Source of the DNA: the human T2T-CHM13v2.0 reference genome, Homo sapiens
DNA: 64,000 bases
Direction: 5' to 3' (one strand)
NCBI RefSeq assembly: GCF_009914755.1
Contig: NC_060926.1
The notes beneath the pieces are model-generated. The model was not told where the DNA came from. It saw only the letters and a list, made by a program, of their open reading frames with translations, and made no database searches. This document shows, in pieces, positions 12,729 through 26,929 of the stretch. Each line of letters begins with the position of its first letter. Position 1 is the stretch's first letter. A program made the translations under genes and the position numbers.

Positions 12729-15158
12729 TGTATTAGTCTGTTATCATGTTGCTGCTAATAAAGACATACCCAAGCCTCGGTAATTTATGAAGGAAAGAGG
12801 TTTAATTGACTCACAGTTCCACATGGCTGGGGGGCCTAACAATCATGGTGGAAGGTGAATGAGGAGAAAAGTCATGTCTTACATGGCAGAGGGCAAGACA
12901 GTGTGTGCAGGGGAACTCCCCCCTTATAAAACAATCAGATCTCATGAGACTTAATCACAATCACAAGAACAACATGGGAAAGACCAACCCCCATGATTCA
13001 ATTACCTCCCACCAGGTCCCTCCCATGACACATGGGAATTATGGGAGCTACCATGCAAGATGAGATTTGGGTGGGGACACAGCCAAACCATATCATTCTG
13101 CCCTTGGCCCCTTCCAAATCTCATGTCCTCACATTTCAAAACCAATCATGCCTTCCCAACAATCCCCCAAAATCTTAACTCATTTCAACATTAACTCAAA
13201 AGTCCACAGTCCAAAGTCTTATCTGAGACAAGGCAAGTCCCTTCTGCCTATGAGCCTGTAAAATCAAAAGCAAGTTAGTTACGTCCTAGATAGTATGTGG
13301 GTAGAAGCATTGGGTAAATACAACCATTCCAAATGGGAGAAACTGGCCAAAATGAAGGGGCTACAGGCCCCGTGCAAGTCTGAAATTCAATGGGGCAGTC
13401 AAATGTTAAAGCTCCAAAATGGTCTCCTTTGACTCCATCTCTCACATCCAGGGCACTCTGATGCAAGAGGTGGTCTCCCACAGCCTTGGGCAACTCTGCC
13501 CCTGTGGCTTAGGGTATAGCCCCCCTCCCAGCTGCTTTCATGGGTTGGCATTGAGTGTCTTCAGCTTTTCCAGGTGCATAGTCCAAGCTGTCAGTGGATC
13601 TACCAGTCTGGAGTCTAGAGGACAGTGGCACTCTTCTCACAGCTCCATTAGGTGGTGCCCCAGCAGGGACTCTCTGTGGGATCTTGCACCCAACATTTCC
13701 CCACTGCACTACCTTAGCAGAAGCTCTCCATGAGGGCCCTGCTCCTGCAGCAAACTTCTGCCTGGACATCCAAGCATTTCCATACATCTTCTGAAATCTA
13801 GAAATTTCCAAACCTCAATTCTTGACTTCTGTGCACCTACAGGCTCAACACCATGTGAAAGCTGCCAAGGTTTGGGGCTTGCACCCTCTGAAGCCATGGT
13901 CTGAGCTGTACCTTAGCCCCTTTTAGCCACAGCTGTAGCAGCTGGGACACGCAGGGTACCAAATCCCTAAGTTGCACACAGCGGGGGGCCTAGCCCATGA
14001 AACCATTTGTTCCTCCTAGACCTGCAGGCCTGTGATAGGAGAGGCTGCCATGAAGGTCTCTGACATGCCCTGGAGACATTTTTCCCATTGTCTTGGTGAT
14101 TAACGTTCTGTTCCTTGTTACTTATGCAAATTTCTGCAGCTGGCTTAAATTTCTCCCCCAAAAATGGGTTTTTCTTTTCTACCTCATAATCAGAATGCAA
14201 ATTTTCCAAACATTTATGCCCTGCTTCCTATTGAATGCTTTGCTTAGAAATTTCTTCCACCAGATACCCCAAATCATCTCTCTAAAGATCAAAGTTCCAC
14301 AGATCTCTAGGGCAGGGTCAAAAACCCACCAGTGTTTTTCTTTTCTTTTCTACCTCATGGTCAGAATGCAAATTTTCCAAACATTTATGCTCTGCTTCCT
14401 ATTGAATGTTTTGCTGCTTAGAAATTTCTTCCACCAGATACCCTTAATCATCTCTCTAAAGATCAAAGTTCCACAGATTTCTAGGGCAGGGGCAAAAACC
14501 TACCAGTGTTTTTGCTAAAGCACAGCAAGAGTCACCTTTGCTCCAGTTCCCAAGTTCCTCATCGCCATCTGAGACCACATCAGCCCAGATTTTATTGTCT
14601 ATATCACTATCAACATTTTGGCCAAAGCCATTCAACAAGTCTCTAGGAAGTTCCAAACTTTCCTACATTTCCCTATCTTCTTCTGAACCCTCCAAACTAT
14701 TCCAACCTCTGCCTGTTACCCAGTTCCAAAGTCACTGCCACATTTTTTGGTATCTTTACAGCAGCAACCCCCTCTGCCAGTACCAATTTACTGTATTAGT
14801 CTGTTCTCATGCTGCTGCTAATAAAGACATACTCAAGACTGGGTAATTTATAAAGGAAAGAGATTTCATTGACTCACAGTTCCACATGGCTGGGGAGGCC
14901 TCACAGTCACAGTGGAAGGTGAATGAGGAGTAAAGTCATGTCTTACATGGCAGAGGGCAAAAGAGTATGTGCAAGGGAACTCCCCCTTATAAAACCATCA
15001 GATCTCATAACACTTATTCACTATCATGAGAACAACATGGGAAAGACCCACCCCCATGATTCAATTACCTCCCACTGTGTCCCTCTCATGACACGTGGGA
15101 ATTATGGGAGCTACAATTCAAGATGAGATTTGGGTGGGGACACAGCCAAACCATATCA
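12729..15158 (-). mobile_element. Full-length THE1C MaLR provirus (LTR 12729-13095, internal 13096-14791, LTR 14792-15158)
   Basis: Two 367-bp LTRs (tgtattagt...ccatatca) flank THE1 internal sequence; perfect TSD aaggg at 12724-12728 and 15159-15163. Confidence 0.95.
14170..14513. repeat. ~171-bp tandem duplication inside THE1 internal region
   Basis: Copies 14170-14339 and 14341-14513; also seen as the repeated peptide in ORF 14093-14518. Confidence 0.95.
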
Positions 15159-15849
15159 AAGGGTTTCCCCAAAGCAAGAGATGCTGGACTGCACACAGGA
15201 CACAGGGAATGGGTCTTGCTGCCAGGTCCAGCCTTCTGACTATAGACCAGAGGAAGACAAAGACTTGTTCTGGGGTAGAGCCAGGTAGATGGGTTCCCAG
15301 CCAAAGAGTATTCAGCTCAGAACCTGTCCTTGTGTCAATCTTGGATAGTATTAGGTGACTTGGGACAAGGAACAAGGCCACTTTGCTACTCAGAACCACA
15401 GTGGAGAGAACAAAGCAAAAATTCAGTTACAGGAACAAAGTCGGTGCCAAGGGCATTTGTGGGAGAGGCCAGAACTTTGACTCAGTGTCATTCCCAGTGC
15501 TCAGGGACTGTCTTTTGTGTCTGCAGATCCAGGGCTGCGTAGACACTAAAGGAAAGAAGAGATGGAGTGACCGATGTGAGTACCTTCTCACCTGTCCAGG
15601 TTTAGGACCTGGAAGTCAGCCATTATGGGACCTCCATACATTCTACAATTTGTCCCTGGGGACAACTAAGGCAGAAGGAGTTTGAGACAGATGTGCACAG
15701 TCAGAAAGAACATGCTGGAGGCCTTAGAAAACAAAGGAGAAAGAGAGAAATAGTTTAAAAAGGAAGGAAATTGGGGTTCATTTTCTTGTTTCTCCTCTCC
15801 TGATTAGCTTTCTTTACAAGGGAGAAAGAGATGCCTTCCATACACATAG

Positions 15850-15990
15850 GTCTGTGGTTTTCTCATCTATAGAAAAGAAAGAGTAACAGCATGTACCTTG
15901 TCGGGTTATCGTATGGGATGAAGGAGATAATTCACGTAAAGCAATGAGCACAATGCCTAGCATATAGTAAGCATTTAATAAATGTTTATT
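15850..15990 (+). mobile_element. MIR fragment
   Basis: ttttctcatctatag...gtaaagcaatgagcacaatgcctagcatatagtaagcatttaataaatg. Confidence 0.75.
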
Positions 15991-18119
15991 TTTCAGGGGT
16001 TAGAGTAGTAGTGATATTAACTATGAACAGGGAGTGAATGAATGAATGAGCAGATGAATTCATTCACAGGTAGCTCACATGGCACCCTTCAAAATGACAT
16101 ATCCCTATTACTTACACAAAGCAGAGTTCCTCTTATTATTTTTCTAGTTAACCCAAAAAAAAATCCAATTTGAGCAAACTCTCCATCAGCCTCTTGTTGC
16201 ATCCTGTGCAAACGGCTTTCTTAATTAAAAGATCTTAATCACAGCACAGCTTTTCCCGCAGAGCCTTCCAGGAGGAGGCAGGATCTGCCTGGGCAGGTCT
16301 CGTGAAGCATGCAAGTGAGGGAGTCATCTACCTCTGCAGGCGCCTCGGAAAACCCACAGCACAAAGCTCTCTCTTCCCCAAATCTGTTTCCACCTTCCTT
16401 GCTAGCATCATCACTCCCCTTCTCTTTCTTACAGTCTCCATTCTCTTTGATACTCACTTTCTTTCTTCATCACCCCCCTGGCACCTCTGTTTTAGCCTCT
16501 TTCATTCTAACACTTGGACATCCCGACCTCTGTGTTTCCCTCCACCTCTTCCTCTTCCAGTGGTTCTAGGTGTCCAGGCTGGTGGCAGGTGCTGCTTCCA
16601 CAGGCTTTGGAGTTGGTTTGTATGGAGGCTCCTTCACAAACCAACATGTTGCTTGGTGGGTGATTTCATCCTTGGATAACCCTTGGGCTTCTACCTGGGG
16701 CCTTTCTTCTAGTTCTTCCTTACACAGTCTTCATACCCACACCTCTTCTGCCTCCTTCAAGACAGACCATGATGATGCTGATGGTGAGGATGATAAAGAT
16801 TGCTAAGCCCTCCCACCTTGCACAGAACACCCCCCAACCCACAGACTCTGGAAACCTCCTATGCACAGTCACATTGAGCCCTAGCTGGCCCATGACTGGG
16901 CAGTAGTTCTCAGAGCCCCAGCACCATGAATCTATTTGTATCTGCCTCCTTCTCCCTGGAAGCAGGTGGGGAAGTGCTGTGTGACCAAAACTGGGTTGGC
17001 TTTCCATGAGGCCATATTTGAATTGAATCTGTAGGATGGCTTCATTTCACATACACTGGGCCAAAGGAGTGACATGACCACAGTTTATAAAAAGGCAGAG
17101 TTTGGTCCAGATGTCCAAGAGAAGGTAGATGAACAACTAATTTGGGGAGCCTGAAACAAGGGTCAAGGTTGAAGTCACGGAGCTGGTTGTTGAGCTCTGG
17201 GATCTGGCAGGTGGGGAGGACCCACAGCCAGTTCCAGAAGGCCAGGAATGGGTCTTGATGACCTTCTCCTGTACTGATATGAATGAGGATAGGCCACCAG
17301 GGAGTGTGAGTCAGGTGCAGGGGTGAAGGAGGGGACAATATTTTAAATATAAAAAAACCAACAAAGTTCTCCTATTCCACTGTGTTTCATATATTTTTGA
17401 GCCTCAGAACCTTCTTCAAACAAAATATTGTGCAAAAGCCCCAAACAGATGTTCTCTGACTTATTTCATCATTCAGTTCATAGAGGCCTTGCCTAGCTTA
17501 TATAAGTCATCATTTTGTAGGTCAAAAATGGTAGTAGGGTGGCAATTTCATTCTGTTGGACCTAATAGAAGTGCTTCAGAATACATTTCTATCAATTTCA
17601 TATCAGCAGTAGCAGTCACACCACCACTTTTATCTCTTAAATCCAAGGAACCACAAAGTTTGCACTGAATTCACTGTCCTCTTCCTTCCGTGAACATAAA
17701 CAAACTTCCAGTGCTGGCTTGGATAGTGGTTTTCCGGTCACGACCAGAACATGATAAAAAGGTGAAACACAGGCTAGATGGAGGAAACATGAGCAGATGC
17801 TCTGAGAATTCACACTGTCCCAGAGATCAACAGGGGAAAAGTGTGAATTTGTGTAGATGTTATTTCTTTCCTGCATAGAACTATTTTCATCAGGTGGAAT
17901 TTGTGCAAGTGAATGCTTCATAATCTGGGATTGTCTCTCTATATAGAGAGATGAAAAATAGATGATGGAAAGGTGAAAAGACAACAGAAGTGGAATAAGG
18001 AGGGTTGTAGGAGGCCCTGCCCATTGCTTTAAGCCCAGATGTCCCTCAGGCTCTGGTGTGGCCCCTGGGGCTCACTGGAAGAAAACCGGGAACGCCAACC
18101 TCAGGCAGACAGAGTGAAT

Positions 18120-18580
18120 ATATTTTAGATTTTCTTTGTAATTAAACATGTCTTACATATTATACAAGCAATAAAAATTCATTGTATAATAGAGTAGAAA
18201 ATACAGATTAAAAAGAAAGATACTTCCCGTAAAGAAAATGTGAACATTTAGATACATAACATACATATATTTTTAAACAAAATCAGGGTTATACATATTT
18301 ATTCACTATAACCCTTTTTTCATTCAATAATGTATTCTGACCATGTATTCATATCAATCAATATGCCTCCACATCAATACTCTCAATTACTGTGTGATGA
18401 TTCATCGTATGGAATAAACGATCAATTATTTAACCACATGTCCACTGTTGAATGTGTAGGGGTTTTATTTCCTTTTTTATTATAAACACTATGTTGATAA
18501 AGATCCTTATATACACATCACTTATTATTTGCTGAATTATTTCCTCATAAAATTAGAATTGTTGGACCAAAATGACACAT
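18120..18580 (-). mobile_element. Ancient L1M fragment
   Basis: AT-rich; atgattcatcgtatggaataa...attatttaaccaca...tttattataaacactatg. Confidence 0.55.
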
Positions 18581-18647
18581 ACTAGGGTGGACACTGTTGT
18601 TTAGCTGACCAAGCCACCATCCACAGCCCCTATTCCAGGTAACACGG

Positions 18648-19189
18648 TGTGTTAATCACGTCTCTTATTTTCTGTATTCTGATGCTTTGATATCTGCGGA
18701 CTTGCTGATCCTGGAGGGACAGCCCCTCCAAGGGTTAGTCGATTCCTAGAGAGCATAAAGAGTGCGCCTTCAAGCATACTTTTCAGATACACACCAACCA
18801 ATCCAAAGCCACACCTCAGCAACCCCCTCTATCAGCTCTCACACCCTAGGTGATCATCTCCCTGCCCCAGTCTCCCCAGGGCCCATTACCACGCATCCAG
18901 GGATGGCCCCTATGCTCCACGGCTGGTCAAGTTATTCAAGCTAGCCCATGCCAACCCTGCTTACCCTGTGTTGCCCACTCCTTCTTGCAGGAACCACAGT
19001 AAAGGCTCTTACCCTTGGCTCTCCCTTTCCCCTCAGCCTCCTGACCAACCCCCACATGGCCCTGTGTGGCATCCCATGCCCCCTCCTCTTGGGAACTGTA
19101 ACAAGCTGTCTTTTCAATGGCAGCAGTCTCCTAATCTGTTGGCTTTATCGTACCTGAACTCTTCCATTAGCACACTATATTTTAAAACA
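18648..19189 (+). mobile_element. MER74A solo LTR (ERVL class)
   Basis: tgtgttaatcacg...ttttctgtattctgatgctttga...ccaaccaatcc...ctcttgggaactgt...tattttaaaaca; degenerate TSD cacgg/catga. Confidence 0.85.
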
Positions 19190-19659
19190 CATGACGGGGT
19201 CAGAACAGGTCTGTCCAACTCCATTTCCTTTGTGACTGGAACGGAGCCTGCAGACAGAAAGCCTGTTGTTGTGCAGTGTGTTTGGGGGTGACTTTCTCTG
19301 CAGTAACAAGGTAACAAGAGGAGGGCCTGAGCCAGAATTGGCAGTAATCGGACAGGCTTATCAATAGTTCTGTGCCCACCACCTTCTCAGGTTGCATCTC
19401 TATCTGCCCCTCCCTCAAGTGGAGGCCGTGGAACATCCTTTCCTCCCACATCTTGCCAGCTGGACTCCCATATGCAACATGGACTCCTCCCCCAATCCCC
19501 TCCAACAGGCAGACTTCTTGAACGCGCACCTTGTTGTAGCAACGAAAGTATGGCTTGAATACATGAGCATGAGCAAAAGTCAGAATATAAAGAGAGCAAA
19601 AACAATGCTTTTGACCAAACAAGTTGGTGGTATTGGAAGCAGTGCAGAAACATGATGAA

Positions 19660-19832
19660 AGCACGGGTGTTAGAGCTAGGCAACCTAAATCTAATCCAGC
19701 TCTGCTCCTGATTTTGTGAGCTTTGGAAAATTTCTTAGACTCATTGAGTGTTCCCTCATCTCTGAAATGAAAACGAAATCCTGTCTTATAAGGTTGTCAT
19801 CAGAATTGAAAGAAATCATGCATGTAAAGCAC
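19660..19832 (+). mobile_element. MIR
   Basis: ttccctcatctctgaaatg...aggttgtcatcagaattgaaagaaatcatgcatgtaaagcact. Confidence 0.7.
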
Positions 19833-20290
19833 TCTATTAGTCAGGATTTTTTCAGTTGCATAAGACCCAAATTAAGCCCCAAAGGAAATTTATTAAATCA
19901 CATAATCTGAAAGCCCAGAGTAAATTAGCTTCAGGCCATGCTGGATCCAGGGGCTCTAAGAATGGGACTAGGACTTGGCCTGTTGCACTTGGCTTGCAGC
20001 CCTTTCAGAGAAGTTTTCTGCCTATAAGGCCCAATCTGCCTCTGGAAGCCCCAAACCTGCATTTTCCCTATGGCTTGTGATGGTAGAGCAAGGGTGATTA
20101 ATCTCACAAGGGACTCAGTAAAAGTCCTAGGAAGGTTTCTGACTGGTCTAGCTTAGCTCACATGCCCAGCCCTAAATCAATCATCTCTGTGGTCAGGGCT
20201 GGCCTCGTGCCCACCTCTGGTGGGAAGAGAGGTGTACACCAACAAGAAGTCTGAGGCAGTTTCCTGAAGGTAGGGATGTTGAGAACAAAA
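19833..20290 (-). mobile_element. Old MLT1 (K/L-like) LTR
   Basis: tattagtcaggatttt..cagttgca...gcttcaggccatgctggatccaggggctc; a similar remnant lies at ~12280-12700. Confidence 0.55.
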
Positions 20291-20429
20291 CCATTTGTTT
20301 GCTACAAGTTTCAGCAGAAACTGGAATAGAATTTACTAGCTGGCACCCTTTGGACAAACTTCGGCCTGCCAACACTCTGTGTGGCTTACACACAGTGGTC
20401 AAAAATGGATACTAACCATGTCCAATAGT

Positions 20430-21060
20430 GCTGCAAGGAGGATAAATGATCACAGCTCTCATGAAGGGCAGTGTGGCAATAGCTATCTAAATTTAAAATG
20501 CATGTGCTTTTGACCCAGGAATTCCACTTCTAGGAATCTATCCTAAAACCCACTCACACGCACATAGTTCTGGGAAATAACTGCACAGATTGTTATTTAT
20601 TGCAGTACAGTTTGCGGGAGCAAAAGACTGGAAACTACCTAAATACCCACCAATAGATGATGGATTAAAGAAACTATGATACCCCAATTCAAAGGAAGCA
20701 TGGAAGTGATAAGAAAAATAAAGAAAAAAAACCTTTATGGACTGATGTGGAGCAATCTGCAAAATAATTTGTTGAGTATAAGAAGCAAAGTGCAGTATAG
20801 GGCAAACAGCATGGCCCAACTTATCTAAAAGATGGAGAAATCTGTATGTGGTGTGATGCTGGCTTTCATGTGCCCAGAAGCATTCACAAGAAACTGGTAA
20901 CCTTGGTTGTAGGCGGGAAAGAGAACAGGAGGAACAGCTCTGGGGTATATGGTGGAAGGTGGACTTCCTGCTGAATACTACCTTTGATTAATTTATATTT
21001 ACATTATATTTTGGGACTGTGTGAATATAGTACCCATTTAAAAGTAAAATAAAAACTTTA
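20430..21060 (+). mobile_element. L1ME-type 3' fragment
   Basis: ttttgacccaggaattccacttctaggaatctatcc...ctggaaactacctaaatacccaccaatag. Confidence 0.75.
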
Positions 21061-21153
21061 TTACCCCAAAAAAGGTAAAATAACAATTCATAAGGCTGAG
21101 GTTTTTATTTGGGATTCATACACAGCCTGGAATCTCAAAGGAAAAATATCTCA

Positions 21154-21530
<377 letters not shown>

Positions 21531-22689
21531 AAGAAACACAGAGGAATGATTTCCACAAGATGAAGTGAACCGGGGATGCCTTTCTGATAGGAAATTCTGT
21601 CTGGTTCTTGAAGGATGAATAAGGGCCCAGCATGTGGAGGAGGAGGAGGCGCTTCCAGCCAAGGGGAACAGCATGTGCCTAAAGCCTCAGCATTAGCAGA
21701 AAATATATCAGAGGATGAGGCTAAATTCCAAGTAGCTGGGAGTAGGGGCAAGGAGAGACAGGGAGAGTGGGCAAGGCTGGGGAGGCCAGCAGGGGTCGGT
21801 TGCCAGGAGAAGGTATCTTAGGCGGCAGGGGTCAGGCTAAGAGGAGCTACAGGTAGTTCTGTGCTAGGCAGTGTCCTGCACTGTGCCCAGCAAGGTTTAA
21901 GGAAGCCAGGTCTGGCCAAACCACAGCCTGGCGGGGGGGGGGAGCTAATGACAAAGGTGGCCAGCACCAGGGACCAAAACCACTCTCTCTTTGGTGGCTT
22001 TATCTTCTCCGGCCAGCATTTGTGGCCTTCCAGTTATAGTCTGCTGCCTTAAAAAGGAAAGCTCCCGAGGAAGAAGCCAATTACCCTGCCCCCTCAGAGC
22101 CAGCTGCATTTATCCCTCCTCCTCCAAGCCCTGGTCTGCAGTGGGCGGTGGATGGTGCCACCCAGGGCAGGAGCCTGGCCTTTTCCCCTTTGCGGCCATG
22201 GCATCTTCTGTTTCTGGAAGACACTAAATTGCGTGGCAAAGCTGGGAAGAAGCCCAGCCGTCCCGATGCCCGCCCCTCAGGCTCCAAGGCTCTCTTTGCC
22301 CTGCTCTGCCTCCTCACAGACCCTTCTTCTCACATTGTCTGTCTGCGCTTCCCATCACATCCTGTCCCAGACATGAATTACCCTGACCACAGGGGTGACT
22401 CGGGCAGCCAGATGACCCGTAGGCCCTGTGTCCCACCAGGGGTAGCGACTAAAAACAGCAGTGAGAGGTATTTCTCTCCCCCACAGGGCACCTGACTGTC
22501 AGCCGGGAAAAGCGTGCTGAGCAGAGCATCGGGAAGCAGTGAGCAGTGATTCAGAAAGGGCCTGGGACCCCCAAAATCCCATCTCCCAAGCCAGCCCCAG
22601 CTCTGCCAGGAGGCAAGCCTGGCTGGCCTGCCACCGGGGGCTTTGATGTTCTAAAGGTTCAATTTAAAAGGACTTCTCACAATAACATT

Positions 22690-23260
22690 GTATTGCTTTT
22701 TAAAAATTACATAGGTACTCCATATTGACTATTTTTAAAAATCACAATATAGAAACAAGCAAAAGAGCAGCAGAGAACCTAAAACAACCCATAATCTGGC
22801 TATCCTATAATAATTGATGTTTATTATTTTGGTATATATCCCTAAGACTTTTTTGTTTCTAAAATAGAATCATATGGCATATTTTATTTTGTAACCTGAT
22901 TTTCCACTCACTCTATCATAACCATTTTTCTATGATATGAGATAATCTTCTGTGGCATTGTGTTTGATGGGCTGGACAGAATGCGTAGTTGAAATATACC
23001 ATGGAGTATCTAACCAGCAGCCTCCTCTCCCCACTATTATTAGTTCATTCCAATTTTTTGCTGTTGTAAACAGTGCTTCAGGGAACATCCTTATACAGAT
23101 ACTTTTCATGTTTGCCCAATTACTTCCTGTATGATAAAATTCTAGAAGGGAAACTTCTGATCAAGGGGCATGTGCTATCATAGGCATTTGAATGATCTAA
23201 ATATTAGAAAGTGGATTTTCCTTATGGAACTAAATTCCACCCTAGCAGCTCATCAAAGTG
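22690..23260 (-). mobile_element. Ancient L1M fragment
   Basis: ttccaattttttgctgttgtaaacagtgct...ttctagaagggaaacttctgatcaaggggcatg. Confidence 0.55.
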
Positions 23261-26200
23261 CTATCTTCTCACCCTGAGAAGAGAGCACTAACTACAGGTC
23301 ACCCTTAGTAGCTCCTTCCTTGTCCACTACCTAACGCTTCCCCAGGTTACGGGCATTAACGCAGGTCACCCACAGCCAAGGGGCAAGATCACACGTAACA
23401 TTCCTTAGAACAGCTCTCCAAGAAAAGTTGGCTTGAGGGATTGGAATGCAAATTCAAACCATTCCCCGTGTGCAGCTGGGGTGGGAGAGTGCTGATGTTT
23501 GGGTCTGCTGAATCACGGGTATCCGTTGTGGGTCCAGAATATGCTGAGACTCCCACCAGAGACTGGAGCAGACAAAGAGAGGACCTGAAAGTCTAAGGCT
23601 TCCTTCTAGCAGAGGCTGGAAAACCTAAAGCTCTGGGCTGCTCATCTCACCTATTACACGCAAATCAGTGTCACATGTGATATAATTGGAACCAACTAAA
23701 TAAAAATTTGTGTCTACCAAGTCCGAGTCAACTTCTTCCTACCCTTCCGGTGCTTTGGAGTACGTTAAGAATCTGACCTCACGTGTAGGAACACATGTTC
23801 TATTGTTGAACAGTCGTTCCACTGGAGATGTAGCTTCCAAGCCAGCTCAGGCGGGAATCCATGTGCATACCTTGCCTAAGAGAAATATTCTTGTCACATA
23901 AGAACCTCCTATTAATCAAAAATCACATTATGGCTCCTGGAATGAAGTTTCCTTTACTACTCTTTAATAATAAGCTGAGATAAGATAAAATTAGTAATTG
24001 CACGTTCTCTTCTGATGGGAGATAATACAAAAGTGGTATAGAAATTTGACTTAAAAGAGTATATTCACTTGGCTAATAGGCTTTCATTATGCGGTCTTTA
24101 CTTATTCATTCATTACAATTTTTGCCACATATGGAAAACTTTAATTGGAAGTTACTTATTACATTGTTCCTGAGTGTTAGCTGCAGAGGAAAGTTTTCGA
24201 TAATCAAAGAAGGATGAATGCAATAGAAGCCCGGAATTTTACAGACAGTGAAACCTCCTGAAGTAGACTACCCATACCAACCTCAGGAGAGGGCTTTCTC
24301 CTCTGTAGATGACCTTCAGATAAGAGATTAAGGGCTAATTTCATATTGACAAAGCTCAGTTTCCTCAGTGGAGGAAAGGGCAGTAAATGGATGCTAAGTA
24401 ATATATTAATATGTGTATTTTATTTTACTTTATTTTATTTATAACCCACATTGCAAAAGGCAACTGACTCTCCAGTGGGACTGTGCCCATAGGCCAGGAG
24501 AACAATCAGCAGAAGCAAGGCTGTCCCTCCACTTACAGGCTAAATAACAACGTGCTTGTTTCATGAGTTATTTCCAGCTAACAGGTTATGCCATACTTGC
24601 TAGTCATTAATGCCTATTAATCAGTTAAGTCATATTTACATTGCTGACATCAGCAAGCCAAACCCAGGCAGCACTTTCACAAGGGAATATTCCTGATCAA
24701 GATACCAAGGCCAACAAACATCTAACATAACTCATGTAATTGAAGTCGAAACTTACAGGATTCATTACACAGCTTCAATGGTTCCATGGTTCACAAAATC
24801 CCTGGCTGGGGCTTGGTTCTTACCAGGGACACAACTCAAAAGATATGAACTCAGCACCAGGGGGTTCTGTGATCCAGAAAGAACAATGAGCAGCTTTGTG
24901 AATTGTGTTTCCACTGGCCCTTACTTATATTGCAAAACAGAAGCATTTGAAGCAAAATGATTTGCCCAAGTTCGTTCTTCAGCTTCCATTTTAACCACTA
25001 AAGTGAGAATGTGTTCATTTACACTTGAAAAGTATGTGTGAGCCTCATTCAATCTGTGTAGCAGCCCTACAGGGAAGGCTGGCAGGGACTTCTCACCATC
25101 ACCATCCTAGAGATGCTGAATCCCAGGGACTAGCTCAGCTGGTAAGTGGCAGCACATGGCAGGTGTCCTGCCTTCCAACTCCTCCCACCCTGCTCCAGAG
25201 TGCCAACTGCACCCACTGAGGGAGAAGCTCCACCCTAAACCAGCAAATGGCCCACTTTGAGCTGAACAGAAACGATTTGTGAATCTACTGTTCACTGCAG
25301 ATTTGACTATTCTTATTCATAGAGCTCAAATCCTTCTTCAGAGAAGATAATCTTGTGTAAAATACTTTCTCTAGCTGAGCTTGAATCTAAACTCTCCTTG
25401 CCCCTAAGGTCCCTTTAATGAAACCTCAGGAGAATGATAAAATGAGATGCAGCCATGCCTGTGCAAATTACAGTGGTTCCTCTGTCTCTCTTTTCTCCTA
25501 TATCACTACCTTTAATGAGGAACATGCCAAGAGTAGCACCTAGTCTTAACACTGACTGGTAAAAACTGCACCAAAATAGAGAAAGCATCCCACTGAGTCC
25601 ACAGGAATGGTTCACAGGAGTGTGTGCAGGAAAATCCACTGCAGCTGAGGAGGGCCTACCACACTCAGCTAAAGCCGGGTCTTGAACAACAGGAAGAGGC
25701 TACCCAAGTGGTCAAATGACAGAAAGGCATTCCAGCAGTGGGCACAGCATGTGCAAATACACAGAAGTTGGAGAAATGTTCAGCAGTTATCAGGGGAGTG
25801 GAAGGGACATTTAAAAACCCACCTGCATTCTTCAAGAACAACTCCGTGAACTCACCCCCTGGTGATGGACTATGCCAGGGCCCCATGCATGTTTACTGAA
25901 TGCAACTGACCATCATCACAGAGGTGGGCACTCGATGCCTTTGCAGCTGTAGCCTGGTCCAGGCTTAGACACCAGAGGAAGGTCATTGTGAAACCCAGAT
26001 CTACCATTTTACACCAGAGGTCCCTGGAGAACTTTTTTAACTTCTTTCTTCCTCAGTTTTCTTATTTTGAAAATGAGATTAATATCACGTGCTCCGAAAG
26101 GTGGTTCAGTTCTAAGCATTTAAAATGTCTATGAAATATCTGAAGCAAAGGCAGCAAGAGCTCCATAAGCAGCAGCTTCACTGCTATTGTGGTTACTGGG

Positions 26201-26929
26201 GATTTGCTGGGCCTGGAATGCCCTAGAGCTGCACAGACAACACCATCCATTGCACCCTTGCCTGTTGACTTTGAGTGCATAGCAGGGTCTGTTTGGTGGC
26301 AGTGCTGTTAATGAAACTGGGAGTTATTAGTCATAAATAAAAAAGATACTTTTTAGACTTTAAAGACTGCTGAGGCTGGGCTCTGCCCGTCTTGATGCCT
26401 CACTCTCTTTCACTGTCCAGAGAATCTGGACACCATCTTTTGTCTTCTCTGCTCTCCTGTATGCATGGTTCCATGTGCTTGAAGAATGCACTCTCCATTT
26501 ATTACTAGTTAGAGCCAAAAAAGAATTACAGAGGTAAGTCTGTCAGAAGGAAGAGTGATGTCACATTCCAAAGACAAATGGGAATATTGTTGAAGTGTTT
26601 GCTTTTTGGATTGACTATGCCACCCTTTTGCTACTGTACAGAATGATTGAGAATCTATAGTTCCTGTTCTCCTTCTCTCTGTCTCTCTCATGGACTTCCA
26701 CTCTTACCAATCTCTTTCAATGGGTCTTTTGAAGTAAGAAAATGAACTTTCTTTACTGCAAGGATGACGATTAACACCCACTTTCATTAACTCTCTACTA
26801 CCACTCAATAGATCCTGCCATGAACTCAAACTCAGCAGTGAAAGGTCTGTATCCTGGGAAACCTCTAAGTCTCGGGCAAATCCAAACAGTTGGGCAACCT
26901 TTCTTTGGTCCCAAGCACAACTTACGAAT

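Noticed and set aside
14093-14518. 141-aa ORF with an internal repeat
   Set aside because: Antisense reading of the THE1 internal tandem duplication.
19200-19664. 154-aa minus-strand ORF, and similarly 55385-55822
   Set aside because: No recognisable homology or exon structure; the second partly overlaps a MIR; lengths are within chance for 64 kb in six frames.
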